Positions 1 through 10,923 of a DNA stretch of 64,000 nt are shown here, in pieces. The notes below the pieces were generated by a model, which was given only the letters and a program-made list of their open reading frames with translations, was not told the origin of the DNA and did not search any database. Source of the stretch: Bacteroidota bacterium (GTDB lineage: Bacteria; Bacteroidota; Bacteroidia; Chitinophagales; BACL12); NCBI GenBank assembly GCA_016706255.1, contig JADJJZ010000029.1:554675-618674 (forward strand), given 5' to 3'. How positions within the stretch are numbered: the stretch's first letter is position 1; each line of letters starts with the position of its first letter. The position numbers were made by a program, and so were the translations under genes.

Positions 1-555
1 CCATTCTCAAACACATTAACATTCAACAATTCATCAGATATTGTTTTTCAACCTGCAGGAAACGAATTAAGGGTTTATGTAAAAGGTGCTTTATTAGGTG
101 CCATTAATGCTGCTTATCCGGTTACGATGTATACCACTGTGTCAAACGGGGTTAAATCGATAACCATGACACAAATTACCAATTCAGTGTATTGTTCGGG
201 AAATACAAATAATCCGAATTTAGATACGGTATATTATAATTTTAATCAACCGGGACATTTGCCATCGGTAAGTTGTTGTGGTTCAAATAATTCCCTTTAC
301 AAAACTATTGGATGGGATAATGATGGTACAAGCCAAACTTGTGTAGGCACAACGGGTTATACCAATGTATTTGATATATCTGCCAATTTAAGTTTCAAAT
401 CAAAAGTTGAACAGGTTATGATTAATAATCAGCCGCAAATAAGAATGGTTGTTCGTTATAGCGGTGGTGTTTTTTTAAATGTAAATGCGTCAATAGCTAT
501 TTGTTATGCAACACCATATTGTTATTATTGCGACCCGACAAATAATGCGTCTTGA
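1..555 (+). CDS. hypothetical secreted protein, C-terminal part; reading frame is open to the left window edge
   Basis: Frame 1 has no stop from nt 1 (PFSNTLTFNNSSDIVFQPAGNELRVYVKG...) into the listed ORF 127..555. Cys/Tyr-rich C-terminus. No domain recognised. Confidence 0.45.
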   Translation, partial: PFSNTLTFNNSSDIVFQPAGNELRVYVKGALLGAINAAYPVTMYTTVSNGVKSITMTQITNSVYCSGNTNNPNLDTVYYNFNQPGHLPSVSCCGSNNSLYKTIGWDNDGTSQTCVGTTGYTNVFDISANLSFKSKVEQVMINNQPQIRMVVRYSGGVFLNVNASIAICYATPYCYYCDPTNNAS

Positions 556-845
556 TGTAAATATTTAAAAAAGCACTGCTCTGGGCAGTTTCCAACTGCG
601 CAGCAAATTCCCGGTCTCTGACCGCGATAAATAATAAATTAAATCATTATTAAATACTTCGTGCGTCTTTACGTACTTGGTTGCATTTTGGTACCTTTTG
701 TTTTTACCGCTAAGGCACTAAGGCCTCGAAGGGGCGCTAAGGATGTTGTGGTAAAATTGAATTACATTCATTTAATAAGTTCTCCATACATCTTCGCGGC
801 CTTTTTTTCGTGGTTCCGGTTGTTAAGCAGTTTTGCTGAATCTGA

Positions 846-2366
846 TTATTTGTATTTATAAAATACCGTTTCCGTGAGTGGCTTTTGATTTATTTTGCTA
901 CTGGTCCACGCAAGTACTTCTTCAATTAAAACTAAACGGCGGTGATTGTTTTGCAAATGCATATCTTTAAAATAGGTAAACATTATCTTAAATACATCTA
1001 ATTGTTCGCGTGCAGGCGTTTTAATTAATTTTTTGAGATATGTAGTAAAAGCTTTTTCAAATTCATTAAATCGATTTTTATTCTGCATACTTCTTATGGC
1101 ATTCCTTATTGCTGAATCCAGATATACTGTATCGCCCAATTCAAAATGCAGTAGCAAATGCATCATTAATGCACCGTGTTGTAAATCCTGCTTTGATTCC
1201 GATTTAAAATTTAATACCTCTTGACAATAATGCAATGCTTTATCATTATTTCCGGTAATGAATAAAAACAAACACAAGTTGTAAGTATCAGCGATATAGC
1301 TGGCATCATTATATTGTTTGTTATACTTATTTACAACAAATTCATATTCGGCCATTAACTCCTCACTCCTGTCGAATTTTGCCGTATTAATAAAATATAA
1401 AATTTTATACTGCAGAATATTTATGGCGATAGTGGCTTCATCTTTAAATTTATCTTTCTGCAGATTATTCAATTTATTCAATAAATCATCATATTCCTCA
1501 TAACGGCCGATATTGTGGGCTGCAGCAAGCACCGATGACAGGGCATCCATATAATTTCCCATTACATTAAAATGGTGTTGCGGATACTGCTCCATGAGCG
1601 TAAGCATCTGGAGATTATTTTTATACAACCCGTCGTAATCGTTCGAAAAACGCAAAATATGACTATGACATTTAATGAATAAAAATTTACCCATATAAGT
1701 ATCAATCGCATCAATATCCTTTAGTAAAGGATGATTTTTATACCCAATAAATCGATCGAGTTGTTCCGGGTCACTTAATTTAGAATCAATTAAAAACTGT
1801 GCCCATAAAATGAAATAAATTTTCCCCAGTTCTGATTCCGCATTTAAACTGTTGAATACTTTTATTTCTTCCTCATGTATCTGATTGATTTTCGAAACCG
1901 GATCTCCTCCTGAATATTTAATTGCAAAAACCCGTTCCCGCTGTAAAATGGCAACCAATAAATAAGTTAAATCAAATTTATAAGCCAGTTCTTTCGCACG
2001 TTTTAATGCCTTCACCCTTAAATCAGTCAGCCCCTTTTCTGTATAAAACAATTCATCCTGAATCAAATCAAACACCTCCGTTGCCGCATTTTTATCAGAA
2101 CGATATAAGCGCATACTTTTAACAATCAGGTCGAAGAGGTAAACCTTGATCTGAGGCAACATTTTAATATCACCTTTCGATTTGAGCTTTTTCTTTAACA
2201 ATTCCTCATCATACAAATCTTCCTGCTCATCTATTAAATCGAATACACGCATATACACCTTCTGCTTATCGTCGCCCTGCCGCTGGGCAAACAACTTGAA
2301 GTAGCGTTTTTCGCTGGGTGTAAGCGATTGAATCAATAAAAAGAGGTCATCTCCGGGTAGCGACAT
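846..2366 (-). CDS. hypothetical all-alpha (TPR-like?) protein
   Basis: ORF 846..2414. The internal ATG at 2366 (MSLPGDDLFLLIQSLTPSEKRYFKLF) is preferred because a TATATTTG box lies inside the longer ORF. Helix-rich, Leu/Lys/Glu-rich sequence; no family recognised. Confidence 0.6.
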   Translation of the reverse strand: MSLPGDDLFLLIQSLTPSEKRYFKLFAQRQGDDKQKVYMRVFDLIDEQEDLYDEELLKKKLKSKGDIKMLPQIKVYLFDLIVKSMRLYRSDKNAATEVFDLIQDELFYTEKGLTDLRVKALKRAKELAYKFDLTYLLVAILQRERVFAIKYSGGDPVSKINQIHEEEIKVFNSLNAESELGKIYFILWAQFLIDSKLSDPEQLDRFIGYKNHPLLKDIDAIDTYMGKFLFIKCHSHILRFSNDYDGLYKNNLQMLTLMEQYPQHHFNVMGNYMDALSSVLAAAHNIGRYEEYDDLLNKLNNLQKDKFKDEATIAINILQYKILYFINTAKFDRSEELMAEYEFVVNKYNKQYNDASYIADTYNLCLFLFITGNNDKALHYCQEVLNFKSESKQDLQHGALMMHLLLHFELGDTVYLDSAIRNAIRSMQNKNRFNEFEKAFTTYLKKLIKTPAREQLDVFKIMFTYFKDMHLQNNHRRLVLIEEVLAWTSSKINQKPLTETVFYKYK

Positions 2367-2385
2367 ATTTAAACTTATAGTTAAG

Positions 2386-2393
2386 CAAATATA
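2386..2393 (-). promoter_or_regulatory. candidate Bacteroidetes -7 promoter box (TATATTTG on the minus strand)
   Basis: Plus-strand CAAATATA is the reverse complement of TATATTTG. This matches the TAnnTTTG consensus and lies ~20 nt upstream of the ATG at 2366. Confidence 0.35.
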
Positions 2394-2604
2394 AACAGAT
2401 AAGGCAAATTGCATTCACGGTATACCGTTAACAAGCATGCAGACCCGCTTGTAAGCCTTTAAATACAGCACTTTCCGACCTTTTACATATTATATTTTTT
2501 AAAATATGTTCGCCAGACGTTGAATAATGACCCTAAAATTGGTTTGCCGGGGGTATGGGGTAGAAATACCTTTGAAACATCAAACAAAGCAAAAATTTAA
2601 AACT

Positions 2605-2865
2605 ATGACTAACGCACTTGAATCAGGACTTATCAGACCAATCGCTTTTACGGAGCGGGAAACCCAAATCCTCAATTTAATCGCAAAAGGCAAAACCACC
2701 CGTGCAATTGCCGATGAATTGTGGCTTTCGGTAAATACGGTGGAAAGTCACCGCAAGCGCATGATCAGAAGAGTTAACGCAAAAAATATATTCGGTGTAT
2801 TCAATTACACCATTACGAATGGAATTATCAACCCTTTGGTATTTAGTGAACCTTGTTTCGTTTAA
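2605..2865 (+). CDS. LuxR/FixJ-type helix-turn-helix transcriptional regulator (stand-alone HTH)
   Basis: ERETQILNLIAKGKTTRAIADELWLSVNTVESHRKRMIRRVNAKN is a typical GerE/LuxR C-terminal HTH. ORF 2527..2865; the ATG at 2605 (MTNALESG) is the more plausible start. Confidence 0.75.
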   Translation: MTNALESGLIRPIAFTERETQILNLIAKGKTTRAIADELWLSVNTVESHRKRMIRRVNAKNIFGVFNYTITNGIINPLVFSEPCFV

Positions 2866-2927
2866 ACACAATTAAAACTCTGCTATCCCAAGCATTTTTT
2901 ATTTCTCACCATAGGCTGTTGAATCTG

Positions 2928-2958
2928 CCGCCCTGTCGTTGGGGCGGCTTTTTTTTTG
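2928..2958 (+). terminator. rho-independent terminator
   Basis: GCCGCCC (2928-2934) pairs with GGGCGGC (2942-2948) and is followed by a T9 run. It lies just downstream of the LuxR-type gene. Confidence 0.7.
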
Positions 2959-2989
2959 TTCAGGTACGGTATATTTGCACCGTCAACAC

Positions 2990-3649
2990 ATGGAGATTTT
3001 TTCATATATCTTTTATTTAGGCGTTATTAATATCGTTTTTTCAACGGTCTGGAAAATTCTTGCAACCGTAACTTCTTCGTTATTAAATGATATGGGTATA
3101 AATAAAGATGCCTCCTTTTTATTTTTTAAGGCTTTGGGATATTATATCCTCGTGAGTTTGGCAGCCTTAGTTACTTTTTCACATATGGAAGCCACCTATT
3201 CACTTGCTGCAATTGCTTACGCCATAGTTGGAACATTTGTAATTTATGCAACCATAGCCAGCAATCTGGAACGCAACCGTTGGCGGGCAGTTATGAATTT
3301 TGAAAGGAAACGAGTGGGCGTTATGCGTTTTGATGGTTATTTGCTGATGGCAAGTATCGTATTATTTATCATCACCATTTTAAAACCCGAAATTGCCAAT
3401 CTGCCGCCCCATCGCTGGCTGCTCACTACCATTGATAAAATTTATCAAACCCCTATAATTAAATATATCATTGGATTTTTTGCGTTTCTGTATATGCTCA
3501 ACATTATTTTCAGAGGAATTAAAGCCTCCGATGAAGTATTTTCCATTTTATTTAACCGCAAACGTAAAACACAACAAACACCGGAATCAGATACTTATTT
3601 CACTGATTATGAGGAAGTTCAGGACGACAATTCCCAACTTCCAAAATAA
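2990..3649 (+). CDS. hypothetical integral membrane protein
   Basis: ORF 2939..3649 starts on a GTG inside the terminator stem, so the ATG at 2990 (MEIFSYIFYLGVINIVF) is preferred. Several hydrophobic segments and an acidic C-terminal tail. Confidence 0.6.
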   Translation: MEIFSYIFYLGVINIVFSTVWKILATVTSSLLNDMGINKDASFLFFKALGYYILVSLAALVTFSHMEATYSLAAIAYAIVGTFVIYATIASNLERNRWRAVMNFERKRVGVMRFDGYLLMASIVLFIITILKPEIANLPPHRWLLTTIDKIYQTPIIKYIIGFFAFLYMLNIIFRGIKASDEVFSILFNRKRKTQQTPESDTYFTDYEEVQDDNSQLPK

Positions 3650-3687
3650 AGCATAACCGATTTCCGTTTAACTTTAAACTTGTATCG

Positions 3688-5895
3688 TTGCGAACTTTTC
3701 TTATCTGTTTATTTTCATTTACGGCAATCACCTTATCCGCTCAACAGGTACAATGGGCATCAGAAGTTGTCCGTTTTTCAACTGAATATACGCGTAAACA
3801 ATTTGCTGCCCGACAGGTTTTGGGCAAACCGGATAAACTGCCTGCATTTGGCGAAAGCGCCGTAGCATGGGCTCCTTCAACCCCCGATAACCCTGCAGGA
3901 GAATTTATCCATGTTCGTTTTGCGCAACCACAACAAATTCAACAAGTAGGCATTGGCGAAAGTAATTGCCCCGGCTCAGTAAAAGAAGTAATTCTGTATT
4001 CAACTACCGGAAAAAAATATACCGTTTATGAAAATCTGACCATCAAACCTGAATTTACTACCGGTGGTCGCATTTTCCGTGTTTTTTTTCCATTAACAGA
4101 TTATGAAGTTAGTGAGGTACGCGTTGTATTAAATACAAAAGCAATTCCGGGTATGAATCAAATTGATTGCATCGGAATTTCAAATTCTGATGTGCCAATT
4201 AAAGCAACTGTAAATGAAGCGGTTTACGCAAACCCTATTGCCGACCCCGAAAATTTGGGGCCAAATGTAAATACAGATGCAGATGACATGTTTGCATTTA
4301 TTTCTCCAGATGGTAAAACATTATATTTTGCAAGAAAAAATTATTACGAAAATACAGGCGGTGCACTGCGCGATGATATTTATGTTTCTAAAAATGCAAA
4401 TGGTGCGTGGACTAAAGCTGTTAATATCGGCACACCTTTAAATAACGACCAGCATAATTATGTTTCATGGATTAGTTCTGATGGCAGTTCTTTATTGCTC
4501 GCTAATAATTATGAAAAAGTAAAACAGGATATTTCAATATCTAAACGCACTCCCGATGGATGGGCGTTTCCCAAAGCATTAAAAATTAATGATTTTTATA
4601 ATGATAACGAATTTTCCTGTTATCATATGAATACAGAAGGCAATGTAATTCTGATGGCTATAGAGCGACCTGATTCGTATGGTGATATGGATATTTATGT
4701 CAGTTTTTTACAGGCTAATAAAGTATGGACGGAGCCTAAAAATTTGGGCATGACCATTAATTCTGCCGCAACGGAAGGCAGTATTTTTATTGCTGCAGAT
4801 AACAGAACGATTTATTTCGCCACAAATGGCAAAAGCGGATATGGTGGTTATGATATGTTTATGAGCAAACGTCTGGATGATACCTGGCTCAATTGGAGTG
4901 AACCTGTAAATCTGGGTAACAAAATTAACAGTGAGGGTCACGATTATTATTATACCATTCCCGCAAGTGGCGATTACGCTTATTTTTCATCTACCAAAAA
5001 TTCATATGGCAAAGCCGATTTATTTCGTATACCATTACCTGTTGAAATTCAACCTGAGGCTGTTACTTTATTAAAGGGAAAAGTTATAGATGCCAATACC
5101 AAAGAACCGATTAATGCGGATGTTCAATTTGGCGGTTTAGTAAGCGAAGAACCCAAAGGCATTACCACTACAACAAACGGTAATTATCAGGTTATTATTC
5201 CGGAAGAAAATTATAATGTTACCATAAAAAAGGAAGGTTATTATCCGGTAACAACAACAATTGACGAAGACCTTGAATTTGATGAAATTGATTATAATGT
5301 AGAAGATCCGGTGGCCATTATTAAACATGATATTAAGACTGATATTAAAACAGAATTAAAACAAAACAAGTGGACAAAAACGGAATTAATTGAAGAATTA
5401 AATAAACGAATAGAAACAGAATTTGCCGATACTGCGGAAGTTTCAAAAGAAGAAATTGTAAAGGAAATTGCAGATGAAATTACTACTGCAAAAGACAGTG
5501 TTTATGCTGAAGTAACGGCAGATGTGGAATTAATTCCAATTCGTGCAGGAACCGTTATTCAATTGGATAATATTTTCTTCGAAGCAAATAAATCGGACCT
5601 GAAACCGGAAAGTTCTGCTTCATTGGATGAACTGGCTGAATTTTTATTGAGCAATCCGAATATTTATGTAGAAATTGGCGGCCATACCAACGGTTTACCA
5701 AACGATGCCTTTTGTCAGAAATTATCGGACGAACGTGCTAAAAACGTAGTCGCATATCTTATGGCTAAAGGTGTACCTGCCACACACTTAACCTCCAGAG
5801 GTTACGGTAAAACCCAACCTATTGCCGACAATGCAACTGCAGCCGGCAGGAAAAAAAATCAGCGTGTAGAGCTTAAAATCATTAAAGTGGAATAA
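3688..5895 (+). CDS. OmpA-family protein with TolB-like (PD40) beta-propeller repeats and a carboxypeptidase-regulatory-like domain
   Basis: TTG start and signal peptide MRTFLICLFSFTAITLSAQQ. PD40-like repeats (FISPDGKTLYFA, WISSDGSSLLLA, FIAADNRTIYFATNG). C-terminal OmpA domain (NIFFEANKSDL...GHTNG...RAKNVVAYL...NQRVELKI). Confidence 0.8.
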   Translation: MRTFLICLFSFTAITLSAQQVQWASEVVRFSTEYTRKQFAARQVLGKPDKLPAFGESAVAWAPSTPDNPAGEFIHVRFAQPQQIQQVGIGESNCPGSVKEVILYSTTGKKYTVYENLTIKPEFTTGGRIFRVFFPLTDYEVSEVRVVLNTKAIPGMNQIDCIGISNSDVPIKATVNEAVYANPIADPENLGPNVNTDADDMFAFISPDGKTLYFARKNYYENTGGALRDDIYVSKNANGAWTKAVNIGTPLNNDQHNYVSWISSDGSSLLLANNYEKVKQDISISKRTPDGWAFPKALKINDFYNDNEFSCYHMNTEGNVILMAIERPDSYGDMDIYVSFLQANKVWTEPKNLGMTINSAATEGSIFIAADNRTIYFATNGKSGYGGYDMFMSKRLDDTWLNWSEPVNLGNKINSEGHDYYYTIPASGDYAYFSSTKNSYGKADLFRIPLPVEIQPEAVTLLKGKVIDANTKEPINADVQFGGLVSEEPKGITTTTNGNYQVIIPEENYNVTIKKEGYYPVTTTIDEDLEFDEIDYNVEDPVAIIKHDIKTDIKTELKQNKWTKTELIEELNKRIETEFADTAEVSKEEIVKEIADEITTAKDSVYAEVTADVELIPIRAGTVIQLDNIFFEANKSDLKPESSASLDELAEFLLSNPNIYVEIGGHTNGLPNDAFCQKLSDERAKNVVAYLMAKGVPATHLTSRGYGKTQPIADNATAAGRKKNQRVELKIIKVE

Positions 5896-5936
5896 TCACA
5901 ATTTCTTTTCCTTATTTTGCCAAATAATTACATCAA

Positions 5937-7664
5937 ATGGCAACTATAATTTATTCGGTGGAGATGCCTTTTCCGGCAAATCATGTGTTCACGGTAAAAA
6001 TGGAAGTGAAGGGAATTGCAGATGAACAACTTGTTGTTGAATTACCCGTTTGGACACCCGGCTCCTATCTGGTGAGAGAATACGCAAAAAATATCAATGC
6101 ATTTAAGGCAAGTGATATAGCAGGAAATAGTTTACCTTTTCAAAAATCATCAAAAAATACATGGTTAATTTATAGCGGTGGTGCAGATGTAATTATTCAG
6201 TATGAAATTTATGCCTACGAAGAAAGTGTGCGCACCAATTGGTTAGATGCCACACATGCTTCGATAATTCCTGCAGCATTTTTTATGTGGGTTAATGGAT
6301 ATAGTGGTGGTGCAGAAATTCATATTACGCCACATAGTTCTTTCAAAAAAATAGCTACTGCTTTGCCAAATGCAGACAATAATAACTGGCAATTATTTGC
6401 ATCATCTAAAGATGAATTATACGATAGTCCAATTGAAATAGGCAATCACAGCAGCACCGATTTTTTAACTGAAGGGGTAATACATACCCTTGCCATTTAT
6501 GGTGAAGGCAATCATGATGAAAAAATTATTATTGCAGATTTAATTAAAATTATTCAGACTGAAGTTGCCATATTCGGACAACATCCCTGTAAGAAATATT
6601 TATTCATATTATTAAATTCAAATACACAACGCGGAGGTCTTGAACATTTACATTCCACCAGTTTAATATTTAAAAGATTTGGTTACGCTGATCATAACAG
6701 CTACCTGGAATTTATCAGCTTATGTGCGCATGAATATTTTCATTTATGGAATGTGAAACGTTTGCGCCCTGCAGCTTTGGGGCCATTTAATTACGGAGAG
6801 GAAAATTACACTACCGGTCTTTGGGTAGCTGAAGGTTTTACCAGTTATTACGATGATTTAATTGTTTATCGCGCTGCTATTTATAAACAAGAAGAATATC
6901 TCGCCATCGTTGAAAAAAATATTAACGAAGCGGAAAACGCACCCGGAAAAAATATTCAAAGTGTTGCCGAAGCCAGTTTTGACGCCTGGATAAAATATTA
7001 TCGTCAAAATGAAAACAGCAACAATTCGCAGGTAAATTATTATGTGCGTGGTGGTGTTTTAGCGTTATTATTGGATATCATTATTATTTCAAATACCAAT
7101 GGTGAAAATTGCCTCGACGATGTTATGCGTGAAGCTTACAATACTTTTTATATGCAACAAAACAGAGGTTTTACGGAAGAAGAATTAAAAAGTATTATCG
7201 AAAAATACGCGAAAACCAATCTCGATGATTTTTACCGCGACCATATATTCGGAACTACTCAAATTAATTATCAGCCGTATTTCGAAAAGTTAGGACTACA
7301 ATTAATTGATAAAAATGCTGGGAGTTTAGATAAAGAATTCGGCTTAACAATTAATGATAAAAATATCATTACTTCCGTTCGCAAAAACAGCTCCGGTGAG
7401 CTTGCCGGATTAAATGTTAATGATGAAATAATTGCGATAAACGAATTTCGCTACACACCGGGCTTTATAAATATTATTACCAACAACAGTGTTGAATATG
7501 ATACTTTTTGGTTTTTAGTTAACCATAATGGTATCGTAAAAACATTCATACCATCATTAGCAATAACCGACAAGGTAAATTACAAACTGGAAGCGCTGCC
7601 AAATCCTACGCCGTCGCAACAATTGTGTTATAAAAAATGGTTACAGCAACATATTAACCCTTAA
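5937..7664 (+). CDS. M61-family metallopeptidase with C-terminal PDZ domain
   Basis: HEYFHLWNVKRLRP zinc motif within an overall M61 glycyl-aminopeptidase-like layout. PDZ-like segment (GELAGLNVNDEIIAINEF). Confidence 0.75.
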   Translation: MATIIYSVEMPFPANHVFTVKMEVKGIADEQLVVELPVWTPGSYLVREYAKNINAFKASDIAGNSLPFQKSSKNTWLIYSGGADVIIQYEIYAYEESVRTNWLDATHASIIPAAFFMWVNGYSGGAEIHITPHSSFKKIATALPNADNNNWQLFASSKDELYDSPIEIGNHSSTDFLTEGVIHTLAIYGEGNHDEKIIIADLIKIIQTEVAIFGQHPCKKYLFILLNSNTQRGGLEHLHSTSLIFKRFGYADHNSYLEFISLCAHEYFHLWNVKRLRPAALGPFNYGEENYTTGLWVAEGFTSYYDDLIVYRAAIYKQEEYLAIVEKNINEAENAPGKNIQSVAEASFDAWIKYYRQNENSNNSQVNYYVRGGVLALLLDIIIISNTNGENCLDDVMREAYNTFYMQQNRGFTEEELKSIIEKYAKTNLDDFYRDHIFGTTQINYQPYFEKLGLQLIDKNAGSLDKEFGLTINDKNIITSVRKNSSGELAGLNVNDEIIAINEFRYTPGFINIITNNSVEYDTFWFLVNHNGIVKTFIPSLAITDKVNYKLEALPNPTPSQQLCYKKWLQQHINP

Positions 7665-8409
7665 ATACGGTTCGTGAATCGCTTTGTGCCGTTGGTAAAA
7701 TGGTAATTTCTTCCAGATTTACATGAGCTGGTCGGGTTGCTGCAAAAAATATCACATCAGCAATATCTTCTGGTTTCAAGGCTTCAAAACCTTCGTAAAC
7801 TTTTGCTGCTTTTTCAGTGTCGCCTTTAAATCTGACGATGCTGAATTCCGTTTCCGCTAAGCCCGGAGAAACATTCGTCACTTTGATACCATATGGCAGT
7901 AAATCCATGCGCATGCCTTTGCTCAATGCAGTAACCGCATGTTTGCTGGCACAATATAAATTCCCCTGAGGATAAACCTCCTGCCCTGCCACGCTTGAAA
8001 CATTGATAATATGTCCGGCCTTGCGCGGTATCATCCCCTTCACTACTATCTTGCTTACATACATCAAACCTTTTAAATTCGTATCAATCATGGTTTCCCA
8101 ATCCGCTAAATCACCATCCTGAAAGGCATCTCTTCCCGCCGCTAAACCTGCATTATTAATCAAAATATCAATTTGTTGCCATTTTTCAGGCAAAGCACTA
8201 AAAGCAGCTTCCACAGCCGCATTATCGCGCACATCAAAAGGAATGGTATACACTTTAATCGGATAATTAGATTCCAGCTCGGTTTTCAGCGCCTCGAGAC
8301 GGTCCGCGCGACGGGCATTAATCAACAAGTCGTATCCTGCAGCAGCAAATTGTTTTGCACAGGCTTTTCCAAATCCGGAACTGGCTCCGGTTATCATTAC
8401 TATCGACAT
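7654..8409 (-). CDS. SDR-family NAD(P)-dependent oxidoreductase
   Basis: ITGASSGFGKA cofactor motif, NNAG, and YCASKHAV catalytic Y-x-x-x-K. 251 aa. Confidence 0.85.
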   Translation of the reverse strand: MSIVMITGASSGFGKACAKQFAAAGYDLLINARRADRLEALKTELESNYPIKVYTIPFDVRDNAAVEAAFSALPEKWQQIDILINNAGLAAGRDAFQDGDLADWETMIDTNLKGLMYVSKIVVKGMIPRKAGHIINVSSVAGQEVYPQGNLYCASKHAVTALSKGMRMDLLPYGIKVTNVSPGLAETEFSIVRFKGDTEKAAKVYEGFEALKPEDIADVIFFAATRPAHVNLEEITILPTAQSDSRTVFKG

Positions 8410-8666
8410 ATCTTCGTTTTACCGCAATTTTAACTAAAAAGCGGGATATCCTGCGTTATTGCCCCGGTTTAACGCGCCAATTTTTTAAATTTGTGTGCTT
8501 GTATTTCGAAATCGGAAGTGCAAAAGAATCTTGTCTTCAAAATTCACACTTTCATCGGCAAAATTGCTGAAATCGTCCAAAGCATTTTGACATAATACAA
8601 TTATCTGCCTTACTTTGCGTCAGTAAATTGGAATAAACTGTTAATGGTCATCATCAATCAAAAAAA

Positions 8667-10844
8667 ATGAAACAAATTTTTACCCTTTTCTTTACGCTTA
8701 GCTTGCTTTCCAATGTTTTTGCGCAAACAACCATCTCAGGGAGTATTCGCGACAATAAAAAAAATGCGCTGCCGGGAGCAAATATCTTTTTAAAAGATAC
8801 TTATGATGGCACCACGAGCGATGTTGATGGAAATTATACATTCACTACAACGGAAACCGGTAAACAAATTTTTACGGTGAGTTTTGTTGGTTACGAAAAT
8901 TATGCGGACACGATTACCATTACCTCCGGTACGATGACCATTAATGTTGAGTTGAAAGAATTATTTAACGAATTAAATGCAGTTGTAATTACAGCCGGTG
9001 CATTTGAGGCAAGTGATGAAAGAAAAAACACCATTTTAAAACCGCTGGATATTGTTACCACAGCCGGAGCTGAAGGTGATATTTATGGTGCATTGGAAAC
9101 CCTTCCGGGAGCAAGTAAAGTTGGTAACGATGACGGTTTATATGTGCGCGGCGGTAGCGATTACGAAACAAAAACCATTATTGATGGGATGTCGGTTAAT
9201 AACCCTTATTTTTCAACTGTTCCGGATGTGCCGTCACGCGGGCGTTTCCAGCCATTTATGTTTAAGGGAACCGTGTTTAGCACCGGTGGTTATTCTGCCG
9301 AATACGGTCAGGCTTTATCCAGTGCGGTTATTCTGAATACGGAAGATATGCCTGAATTTAGTGCCTCCGGATTAAGTGTTGCCCCAATTTTTATCGGCGG
9401 ATTTCATACTCAAAAATTTAAAAATGAAAAAACAGCTTTGGGTGGTGGAATTAATTATACTAACCTTGCTTTATTCGATAATGTTTATGAGCCGACAACT
9501 TTCGACTGGATCGAAAGTGTGGAATCTTTTGACGGAAGTTTATTTTTCCGACAAAAAACATCTAAAACAGGTATCATCAAATTATATGCACAAAAAGAAA
9601 GCAGCAATTTTGCATTAAGAGCAAACGATATCGACAGTCTGCCATTAACCGATGATATTGAACTGGGTAATGATTATAATTATGTAAACGCATCTTATCG
9701 CGAATTATTGACAGACAAATGGGGCATGCAGCTTGGTGTTAGTTATAGCAGTAATTCAGATAAAATTCTTGCAGATGGTTTCGACATCAGTCGTTTTGAT
9801 GAAAATGCACAAACAAAACTTACATTTAATAATCAGATAACAGAAAAAATTAATATTCATTACGGCGCTGAATATCAGCATTTAATTTATAATCAAAATG
9901 CAGGTGATTTAGAATTTGATCTAACCGAAAATTATGCAGCAGCTTATGTTGAATCGGATATTTTTATCACCAACGACCTTGCAGGAAGAATTGGTTTGCG
10001 CGCAGAAAATTCTGAAATTTTGGGAGAAGTAAATCTTGCCCCACGCGTTTCACTGGCATATAAAACCGGTAAAAACGGTCAGGTTTCATTTGCTTACGGC
10101 GATTTTTACCAAACGCCACAACCAACCTATTTATACAATATTTCAGCCTACCCCCTCACTTATGAAAAAGCAACACATTTTATTGGTAATTACCAATATG
10201 TTACCAACGACCGCACCTTCAGAATAGAAGGATATTATAAAAAATATGATGACCTTGTTACACAAGAAGCTACTGATATTCCATTTGTAAATAATTATGA
10301 TAATGCAGGGTTTGGTTATGCAAGAGGAATAGATTTATTTTTCAGAGATAAAAAAAGTATTAAATATGCTGACTATTGGATTTCTTATTCGTTTTTAGAT
10401 ACGAAACGTAAATTTTTAGATTACCCTGAAGAAGTAACACCAACTTTTGCCGCACAACATATTTTAAGTTTGGTATATAAACATTATATCCCCGGTATCA
10501 ATACACAAATCAGCGGAACCTATCGTTTTATTTCAGGTTGGCCGTATTACAATCCGAATAATCCACAGTTTTTGGGAGATGTTTCTCCACAGTTACACAA
10601 TTTATCGCTGAGTGCAAGTTACCTGACCAGCCTATGGGGTAATTTTACGGTGATATTTTTATCGTGGGATAATGCGCCGCAATTTGACCAGATTTATGGT
10701 TATCAATATTCGGCAGATGGCACGGTTCGTGTTGAAAATCAGGCACCTATAAAAAGTACCGTTTTCTTTGGCATATTTATTTCATTCCTATATGGAGATG
10801 ATCGCCGTGTAAATGATATCGATATTGATAAATCAGCCGAATAA
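8667..10844 (+). CDS. TonB-dependent receptor-like outer-membrane protein with N-terminal carboxypeptidase-regulatory-like domain
   Basis: Signal peptide. CarbopepD_reg-like N-terminus (ISGSIRDNKKNALPGANIFLKDTYDGTTSDVDGNYTF). Plug-like segment (LDIVTTAGAEGDIYGALETLPGA). Long beta-rich barrel region. Confidence 0.7.
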   Translation: MKQIFTLFFTLSLLSNVFAQTTISGSIRDNKKNALPGANIFLKDTYDGTTSDVDGNYTFTTTETGKQIFTVSFVGYENYADTITITSGTMTINVELKELFNELNAVVITAGAFEASDERKNTILKPLDIVTTAGAEGDIYGALETLPGASKVGNDDGLYVRGGSDYETKTIIDGMSVNNPYFSTVPDVPSRGRFQPFMFKGTVFSTGGYSAEYGQALSSAVILNTEDMPEFSASGLSVAPIFIGGFHTQKFKNEKTALGGGINYTNLALFDNVYEPTTFDWIESVESFDGSLFFRQKTSKTGIIKLYAQKESSNFALRANDIDSLPLTDDIELGNDYNYVNASYRELLTDKWGMQLGVSYSSNSDKILADGFDISRFDENAQTKLTFNNQITEKINIHYGAEYQHLIYNQNAGDLEFDLTENYAAAYVESDIFITNDLAGRIGLRAENSEILGEVNLAPRVSLAYKTGKNGQVSFAYGDFYQTPQPTYLYNISAYPLTYEKATHFIGNYQYVTNDRTFRIEGYYKKYDDLVTQEATDIPFVNNYDNAGFGYARGIDLFFRDKKSIKYADYWISYSFLDTKRKFLDYPEEVTPTFAAQHILSLVYKHYIPGINTQISGTYRFISGWPYYNPNNPQFLGDVSPQLHNLSLSASYLTSLWGNFTVIFLSWDNAPQFDQIYGYQYSADGTVRVENQAPIKSTVFFGIFISFLYGDDRRVNDIDIDKSAE

Positions 10845-10923
10845 ATTACGACAGTATTTGGCCTGAAATTTGAAATATGTCGTGCGCAATATTTAACCTG
10901 TTACAAACAAAAAAATCACAATT

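Noticed and set aside
661-861. 66-aa ORF in the 556-845 intergenic region.
   Set aside because: It has no start context and a low-complexity translation that runs across a small GC-rich CTAAGG-repeat island. It overlaps the 3' end of the convergent gene. It is judged non-coding.
8410-8666. Riboswitch upstream of the TonB-dependent receptor gene (cobalamin or TPP type).
   Set aside because: No conserved core motifs were found, neither a B12 box nor the CUGAGA of TPP, and there is no obvious multi-stem structure.
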